A stretch of 64,000 bases of DNA from Candidatus Aminicenantes bacterium. Lineage in GTDB: Bacteria; Acidobacteriota; Aminicenantia; Aminicenantales; JAFGBC01. The stretch lies in contig OY969696.1 in assembly GCA_963702005.1 (NCBI GenBank), forward strand, positions 4,128,001-4,192,000, read 5' to 3'. Shown here piece by piece: positions 57,799-64,000 of this stretch. The notes under the pieces are model-generated. The model searched no databases, was not told where the DNA came from, and saw only the letters and a program-made list of their open reading frames with translations. A program made the position numbers and the translations under genes. How positions within the stretch are numbered: the stretch's first letter is position 1; each line of letters opens with the position of its first letter.

Positions 57799-59889
57799 CT
57801 AATTCGGCTGCGCTAAGCGGGAAGCGAGGAGCTGGGCCGTATGCCGGACCTCGACCTCGAGGCCCCGCCGGCGGCAGCCGCCCCGGATCTGGAGGAGGCA
57901 GCCCGGGCAGTCGAGGGCGACGGTCGAGGCGCCGGTCTCCTTGATGGCGTCGAGTTTCTCGGCGAGGATGGCCTCGGAGACCTCGGGGTGGTCGGCCGAA
58001 AAGCTCCCGGCGAAGCCGCAGCAGGTCGCCGTCTCGGACATGTCTTTGATCTTAGACCCCGTCGCCGTCTCCAGGACCGACCTCGTCGCCTCCGAAGCCT
58101 TGAGGTAATACTTGTGATGACAGGATTCGTGATAGGTCAGGGCGCCTGGCTCTTTCCTTTTGGAAAGAACACGCGCCAAGCCTTTCTTTTCCATCCGCTC
58201 GACGAACTCGGCGAAGGAGACGACCTTCTCGGCAAGCCCCGCCGCCTCCTCCCCCGCCAGGTCCGGCCCGGCGTGCCCCAGCATGGTCGTGCAGGTCGGA
58301 CAGAGGGTGACGACGGTCTCGCTCGCCTTGATCGCATCGATCAGCCCGCGGTAGGACTTGCGGGCGGACCTTGAAAATCCCCCGTTCGCCGACGGGAATC
58401 CGCAGCAGACGGCCGGGGCGAGGTCGATCCCATATCCGAGCGCTCTAAGGACCCGGGCCGCGTCTATCCCGATCTCGGGATAAAAGTGCTCGACCAAGCA
58501 TCCGGCGAAGATGGTGACCCTGCCCTTGCCGGAGGACGCCGCACCGCCCAGTTCGCTCTTTTTAAAGAGCCTGGTGAAGGTTTTTTTCGCCGGAGCGGGG
58601 ACGGCCCTGAACCGGTCGTATTTCCGAAACGGGAACGGAAACCGTCTCAGGAATCCTTTCTTCCCGGTCAACAAAGGCCGCCCGATTCTGGCGGCCTTGA
58701 ACACGGCCCGATGGACGGGCGGCCGCGCCATCACGCCCTCGAACGCCATCCTCTTCCAGAGGGGCGCGCCCGTCCGCTCGTTGAGCCGCTCCCTGAGGGC
58801 GATTACGAGGTCCGCGATTTTGATCTTGGCCGCGCAGTACTCCTCGCAGCGGTGGCAGCCAAGGCAGAGCCCGGCCATCGCCTTCGAGTTCTTGAGTCCA
58901 TGAACCCAGGCCGTGAGAAGCGCCCCGATTCCTCCCATATAGACGTGGGCGAATTCTTTCCCGCCCAGAACATTGTAGGCGGGACAGACGTTGAGGCAGG
59001 CCGAGCATTTGATGCAGCGCAGAACCTGGCGGAAGACGGGATCGGCCAGGATCTCGGAGCGGTGGTTGTCGAGGATGACGATGGTCCGGGGATGATCCCC
59101 GGCGCCGGCGATGAAAGAGACATAGCTCGTAAAGACCTGGCCGGTCGCGTTCCGGGGCAGGAGCCGGAGGACGAGGGCCGCGTCGGCCATGGTCGGCACG
59201 ACCTTCTCGATCGAGGCCAGGACGACCTGGATGGGCGGGACCGTCGAGACGAGCCGTCCGTTTCCCTCGTTGGTGACGAGCATGACCGCGCCGTTCTCCG
59301 CGACCAGGGCGTTGGCGCCGCTGAAGCCCGCCGGTATCGAGAAGATCTCTCGGCGGAGCTCCTCGCGGGCGATCCGGACCAGCGCCGGGATCTCGTTGGG
59401 CACGGGACGGCCCAAGCGGCGGGCGAATGTCCGGGCAACATCGGCCCGGGTCAGGTGGATGGCCGGCATGACCATGTGGGTGGGCGCTTCGGCCTCGAGC
59501 TGGACGATCCACTCGCCCAGGTCGGTCTCGCGCGGCTCGATCTTCCGACCGATCAGGAAATCGTTGAGATGCGTCTCCTCTCCGACCATGGACTTGCTCT
59601 TGGCGACCTTGCCCGCGCTGTTCCGGCGGAGGACCTCGGCGATCGCCAGGTTCGCTTCATCGCCGTCCCGGACCCGGAGGACGGTGTTCCCGCGCTTGCG
59701 GGCCTCGGCCTCGAACAGGGCGAGCAGCTCTTCGTTTCTCTCCAGGCTCCGGTCCTTCATCTCGGCCAGCAGAGTCCGCAGCTCCTCGAAATCCTCCCCC
59801 ATTAGGGCGTTCCGGCGCTTGACGAGGTAGCTCCGCGAGAATTCGGCCAAGACGGATTGGAGGTGAGGGTCGATCCGGGTCCGGCTCAT
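57799..59889 (-). CDS. LutB/LldF-like LUD + 4Fe-4S protein fused to CCG domains
   Basis: KSKSM, ETDLGEWI, PTHMVMPAIH, CIKCSACLNVCP, CLGCHRC and two CCG motifs. Confidence 0.88.
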   Translation of the reverse strand: MSRTRIDPHLQSVLAEFSRSYLVKRRNALMGEDFEELRTLLAEMKDRSLERNEELLALFEAEARKRGNTVLRVRDGDEANLAIAEVLRRNSAGKVAKSKSMVGEETHLNDFLIGRKIEPRETDLGEWIVQLEAEAPTHMVMPAIHLTRADVARTFARRLGRPVPNEIPALVRIAREELRREIFSIPAGFSGANALVAENGAVMLVTNEGNGRLVSTVPPIQVVLASIEKVVPTMADAALVLRLLPRNATGQVFTSYVSFIAGAGDHPRTIVILDNHRSEILADPVFRQVLRCIKCSACLNVCPAYNVLGGKEFAHVYMGGIGALLTAWVHGLKNSKAMAGLCLGCHRCEEYCAAKIKIADLVIALRERLNERTGAPLWKRMAFEGVMARPPVHRAVFKAARIGRPLLTGKKGFLRRFPFPFRKYDRFRAVPAPAKKTFTRLFKKSELGGAASSGKGRVTIFAGCLVEHFYPEIGIDAARVLRALGYGIDLAPAVCCGFPSANGGFSRSARKSYRGLIDAIKASETVVTLCPTCTTMLGHAGPDLAGEEAAGLAEKVVSFAEFVERMEKKGLARVLSKRKEPGALTYHESCHHKYYLKASEATRSVLETATGSKIKDMSETATCCGFAGSFSADHPEVSEAILAEKLDAIKETGASTVALDCPGCLLQIRGGCRRRGLEVEVRHTAQLLASRLAQPN

Positions 59890-60467
59890 GCCTTCTTCCT
59901 GATTTTTCCGTCGACAAGGACGATGACCAGACGGCCCGGGCCGTGGACGCCGATCGAAAGGACGTTCTCGATATCGGCGGTCCGGCTCGGACCGGTGACC
60001 AACGAAACCTGTCCGAACCCGGACGGCCGCGCCAGGTGCTTTATGATGGCGGGAAGAGTCTCCTCGAGGCGGGCGGCAATCGCGCCGGAATCGAGGACGC
60101 CAACGCAGACGGGCGGCAAGGTCCAGACGTTTTTATCGGCGTCGCTTCGATCGAGGTGGACAAGCGTCCCCGTTTCCGCGATTCCGTGATGGGCGAATAC
60201 GATTCCGGCCTCGGCCGCCGCTATTTCTTCGGCCTTGTTGCCCCGGACGATGCGCGCCTTGGAGCGAGGAGGGACAAAGGCCCGGGCGTCGGACGCAACG
60301 GCCAAAATCTTGGCGCCGAGATCGTCGAGGATTCCGGAGATGATTTTCCGGGCGCCGGCGGCCGTTTCCGCCCTTAGAACCTCGGCGCCGGCCGCCTCGG
60401 CCCGTTCTCGGAAGAGCCCGGCGAGCCGCGCCCCTCCGCTCGCGCCGGCCGTTCGCCGCTTCACCAT
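59886..60467 (-). CDS. LutC/LldG-like LUD domain protein
   Basis: GIAETGT and TGPSRTADIE...GVHGP. Confidence 0.9.
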   Translation of the reverse strand: MVKRRTAGASGGARLAGLFRERAEAAGAEVLRAETAAGARKIISGILDDLGAKILAVASDARAFVPPRSKARIVRGNKAEEIAAAEAGIVFAHHGIAETGTLVHLDRSDADKNVWTLPPVCVGVLDSGAIAARLEETLPAIIKHLARPSGFGQVSLVTGPSRTADIENVLSIGVHGPGRLVIVLVDGKIRKKA

Positions 60468-61783
60468 CGCCGGGCCTTCTTGGGCTCCATCTTGCGGAGG
60501 TCCAGCCCCCGCTCGAGCGCGCCGATCCGGTACAGGCAGATCTCGCGGACGGACGAGGGATGGTGAAGGACTTCGCTCAGCGATTGGGCGCCCACCGCCC
60601 AGACGCCGCCTCCCCGGACGATGACGACCTTGTATTCGTGGAGCTTGGCGATGAACGTCGCGTCGTCGACTCCGGGCGGGAGGACGGGGATGACGAGATA
60701 GAGGAAGCCGCCCTCGGCGTCGATCGGGATGACCCGGTCGGCGGGCTCCGTTTCTCCCGGATAGCGGTAGTGGGCCAGGGCTTCGGCTTCGGGCTGGTAG
60801 CAGTGCATGGCGGTTTGAAAGTCCGTTTCGGCGTAGATGAGCTTATGGAAGCGAAGCTCCCCGGGATCGCCGGCCTCCGGCCCGATCGGAAGCCTGCGCA
60901 GCGGGCCGCCCAGGTCGCGCGGCATGGCGCCCTTCCCCGCGTAGAGAAGATGGTCGACGCCGCGGGCCGAGATGGAGCCGGTGTGGAAGGGCGAAAGCCG
61001 CGATTCGAACATCCGGTTCCCGGCCTTGCGAAACTCCTTGAGGATCTCCTCCTCATCGGGAAAATCGCAGACGTCGTCGCCCTCGATCTCGTAGGGAACG
61101 GGCGGATGCCGGAAATGCGCGGCCGGGTCGCTCCGGATCTCCGCCCTCAGCTTTTCGACATCGACGCCGAGCTTGCGGAGGAGCCGGACGACGTAACCGG
61201 AGTTGTTGGCAATGCCCAGAATGAAGAAGGCCTCCTGCAGGGTCCGCCCCCGGGCGAACGTCCCGTGGGTCTGGACGACCGTCGCGGGATGATCGGCCAG
61301 GCGCTTGGGGACGGTCTCGATGACCTCGAACGAGCCGCTCGGGACGGCCAGCCAGTCGACCGGGACGACGCCCCCCAGATGATACCAGCCGAGGGGATCG
61401 ACCGGGACGAAGGCGGGCGGCTTGTTGGGCTTGTCGGCGTCGTCGAAGGTCGCGATGATGAGGTCCTTGGTGTGGGCGTGGAACGAGGCCCGGACGCCCG
61501 CGATGGCCAGAATCCGGGCATGGATGTCCGTCTCGGACGAAGCCTTGTAGTAGCCGTAGTCGGTCTCGCCGGGCGAGAGAAAGCAGATCTGGCTCGGTTC
61601 GAGGTCGCCCTTCTGGGAGCCGGTCGCAGTGATGACGATTTTCTCGCGGCCGGCCCCGTCCCGCCACTTGACGACCATGTTCCCGCTGTGGCTGTCCTGG
61701 ATGTCGACGAGGAGGCTGGCCCTCCCCACAGTCTGGAAGAGCTTGAGAAGCTCCTCGCTCGCTTTCCAATCCTTTCCGATCAT
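60461..61783 (-). CDS. Class II aldolase/adducin family protein with tandem domains
   Basis: SHSGN, ITATG, ASSE, HAH and HG motifs in domain 1, degenerate second domain. Start MIGKDW overlaps the AOR stop. Confidence 0.8.
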   Translation of the reverse strand: MIGKDWKASEELLKLFQTVGRASLLVDIQDSHSGNMVVKWRDGAGREKIVITATGSQKGDLEPSQICFLSPGETDYGYYKASSETDIHARILAIAGVRASFHAHTKDLIIATFDDADKPNKPPAFVPVDPLGWYHLGGVVPVDWLAVPSGSFEVIETVPKRLADHPATVVQTHGTFARGRTLQEAFFILGIANNSGYVVRLLRKLGVDVEKLRAEIRSDPAAHFRHPPVPYEIEGDDVCDFPDEEEILKEFRKAGNRMFESRLSPFHTGSISARGVDHLLYAGKGAMPRDLGGPLRRLPIGPEAGDPGELRFHKLIYAETDFQTAMHCYQPEAEALAHYRYPGETEPADRVIPIDAEGGFLYLVIPVLPPGVDDATFIAKLHEYKVVIVRGGGVWAVGAQSLSEVLHHPSSVREICLYRIGALERGLDLRKMEPKKARRW

Positions 61784-63639
61784 CGCGTCCGCTCCTCGAT
61801 CGCGAGCGCGCGAAGGAGGGCCGGGCCGGGCCGGCCGTCCGCATCCCACTCGCGCACGCGGTAGTAATCGCGCCGCATCCTGTCCATGGCCTCCCGCGAG
61901 ACGGTCCGCTCCTGGCCGTCGATGACGACGGGGATCGAGGCGAAGCGCTCGGGCAGGGCGTCGTCGGCCGGCGTCAATCCCGCTTCGATGTTGAAGAGCC
62001 GCTCGAGGGCGGCCACCCGGTTTTCGACTTCCTCGAGCCGGGCCATTGAGAAGTCGAGGCCGGTCGCCCCGCTGGCCATCCGCGACCAGGGATCGGCCGC
62101 GAACGCGAACCCGGTGAAGCGGCACACCCCCAAGCTGTCCTGGAGGATGCCCAGGTTCTGCATGTTGCGGATGGCGATCGGCGACTGGAGGAGGCTGAAG
62201 CGGGGAATCTCCTTGGCCCCGCCGAAAAAGGCGAGCGAAACGGCGTAGCCGCCGCGCAGGTGGCAGGCGCCGGTCGGAGAGGTCATATAGCCAAGCGCTT
62301 GAGTGAGGGAGGCGCGGGGATCGTAGCCGGGGATTTCGAGCCCCTTGACGGACATCGAAAGCTCCGGGCGTCCGCAGGACGCCGCCAGCCGGCGCGATCC
62401 CTCGGCGAGCCGAGCCCCGATCCCCTCGCGGCGCGCCGTGAGCCGGGCCAGCGTCTCGAGCGAGGAGGCGCTCCCAAAGCGCAGGTCGAGTCCGCCGGCG
62501 TCCGCCGGCGTGAGGAGGCCTTTCTCGAAAAGCTCCATGGCGCAGGCGACCGTCCCGCCGAAGGAGATGGTATCCATGCCCAATTCGTTGCAGCGATAAT
62601 TGGCCCTGGTGATGGCGGGAAGGTCGTAGACGTCGCAGACCGGGCCCATCAGGACCGTCGTCTCGTACTCGGGGCCCTCGCCCTTCTCGTCGCAGGCTCC
62701 GCCCTCGCCGTCCCGGAGGCGGGTATGCCGCTGGCAGCCGATCGGACAGGCGTGACAGGCGCCGGGGCGCTCGAGCAGCGTCTTGGCGAGAGTCTCGCCC
62801 GAGATTCTCTCCAGGTCCTCCTCACGGTGGCTGCAGTCCAGGAAGTTCCGGTGGGGAAGCATCCGGATGAGGTCGATGAGCTCGACCAGGCCCAAGGTTC
62901 CCAGTTCGCGGAGGAGGCGTTTGGTGATGGGCGCCTGTTTCATGAGGTAGAAGGCCTGGTCCAACCCGGCCTGAAAGCGGTCCTTGTCCTTGATCGCGAT
63001 CTTGGCCTTGCCCCGTACCCGGACGGCTTTGAGGTTCTTGGAGCCCCAGACGGCGCCCGGGCCCGAGCGTCCGTAGGTCCGGTTCATGTCGTTGACGACG
63101 GCCGCGATCCGGACCAGGTTTTCGCCGGCCGGGCCGATGCAGAGGACCTTGGGGCGGAGGCCGGGCTCGGCGCCCTCGCTCAGCCTGTCGGTCGTCGCGT
63201 GGACGTCGAGGCCCCAGAGATGGGAGGCCGGGGCGATTTGACAGCCTTGGGGCGAGATGTCGAGCATAACCGGCCCGGAGGCGCGGCCCTTGACGACGAG
63301 GACGTCGTATCCGGTCGCTTTAAAGGCGCTGGCCCAGGTCCCTCCCGAGTTCGCGCTCCCGATGAACCCGGTCAGGGGCGATTTGAAGACCATGTGGCCG
63401 CGGCAGGAGGTCGGGGCGTTCGTCCCGACCAGCGGCGATGTCGCCAGGACGACGACGTTCTCCGGGCCGAGCGGGTCGCAGGCGGGATCGACGCCGTCGT
63501 AGAACAGGCGGGTGGCGAGGCCGCGGCCGCCCAGGTAGCGCTCGACGAGGGCGGGTTCGAGGGGGAGCGTCCGAGCCTCGCCACAGGAGAGATCGACCTC
63601 GAGGATCTTCCCGTGGAAGCCGAACGGATTTTCGCCCAT
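61780..63639 (-). CDS. Aldehyde:ferredoxin oxidoreductase family (tungsten-pterin)
   Basis: YLGGRG, KSPLTG, IGPAGE, GSKNLKA, CxxCxxxC, GPEYET, GMDTIS, GACHL. Confidence 0.93.
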   Translation of the reverse strand: MGENPFGFHGKILEVDLSCGEARTLPLEPALVERYLGGRGLATRLFYDGVDPACDPLGPENVVVLATSPLVGTNAPTSCRGHMVFKSPLTGFIGSANSGGTWASAFKATGYDVLVVKGRASGPVMLDISPQGCQIAPASHLWGLDVHATTDRLSEGAEPGLRPKVLCIGPAGENLVRIAAVVNDMNRTYGRSGPGAVWGSKNLKAVRVRGKAKIAIKDKDRFQAGLDQAFYLMKQAPITKRLLRELGTLGLVELIDLIRMLPHRNFLDCSHREEDLERISGETLAKTLLERPGACHACPIGCQRHTRLRDGEGGACDEKGEGPEYETTVLMGPVCDVYDLPAITRANYRCNELGMDTISFGGTVACAMELFEKGLLTPADAGGLDLRFGSASSLETLARLTARREGIGARLAEGSRRLAASCGRPELSMSVKGLEIPGYDPRASLTQALGYMTSPTGACHLRGGYAVSLAFFGGAKEIPRFSLLQSPIAIRNMQNLGILQDSLGVCRFTGFAFAADPWSRMASGATGLDFSMARLEEVENRVAALERLFNIEAGLTPADDALPERFASIPVVIDGQERTVSREAMDRMRRDYYRVREWDADGRPGPALLRALAIEERTR

Positions 63640-63726
63640 TCCGATGTATTAATATATAGGATTAAGGAGGTGTCCGACAAGCTATCCGTTTCGCCGCCGC
63701 GGGACGAGCGAAGCGCGCGGATGAAT

Positions 63727-64000
63727 TCACTCGAGGCCGCGCTTGTGCTTATAGACGTCCTTCAAGTATGCCGCCACTCGCCTGCCAAAAGCCTTTTCGG
63801 CCTGGCGGCGCGCCCTGACATCTTGTTTCAAGGCCAGAAACCTCAACTCCCGGCGCAGCTTGAAATAGCTCTCCAGCCGACCGGCGTCGAGGGCTCCGGA
63901 CGCTACGGCCGCCCGCACCGCGCAGCCCGGCTCGTTGTCATGGCGGCAGTCGGCGAACCGGCAGCGAGCCGCCAGTTTTTCGATGTCGTCAAAGGACCGT
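63727..64000 (-). CDS. rsgA: Ribosome small subunit-dependent GTPase A, C-terminal part
   Basis: CRFADCRHDNEPGCAV zinc finger followed by RLESYFKL. Confidence 0.88.
   Translation of the reverse strand, partial: RSFDDIEKLAARCRFADCRHDNEPGCAVRAAVASGALDAGRLESYFKLRRELRFLALKQDVRARRQAEKAFGRRVAAYLKDVYKHKRGLE

Overview
High-GC bacterial chromosomal window with many secreted proteins, peptidases and transporters. The style is compatible with an uncultured anaerobe such as Ca. Aminicenantes, but that assignment is only an impression. The backbone carries tRNA(CAT)-tilS, a racemase, three S9 peptidases, a CHASE2/FecR-like/TPR-CHAT module, a Ser/Thr kinase, a two-component system flanked by a radical SAM/lipoprotein operon and a 5'-nucleotidase, MFS transporters, a TPR-GGDEF protein, dacB and an AOR/class II aldolase/LutBC operon. 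Top finding: ORFs 8040-9332 and 9459-10025 form one frame broken by a single TGA (9330-9332). An 8-bp hairpin starts 11 nt after that TGA, and its apex (CA-GGTC-TG) matches the E. coli fdhF SECIS. This points to a secreted BNR/Asp-box beta-propeller selenoprotein of a type I do not recognise. Second finding: a ~13-kb island (12.2-25.9 kb) is bounded by a ~545-bp imperfect direct repeat next to an IS91-type remnant, an ISCR-like architecture. It carries an AT-rich module of an AraC regulator, two paralogous secreted His-Cys peptides, two 6-bladed beta-propellers and a CxxC protein. Three single-site frameshifts in backbone genes may be sequencing errors. All family calls come from motif recognition, not database searches.
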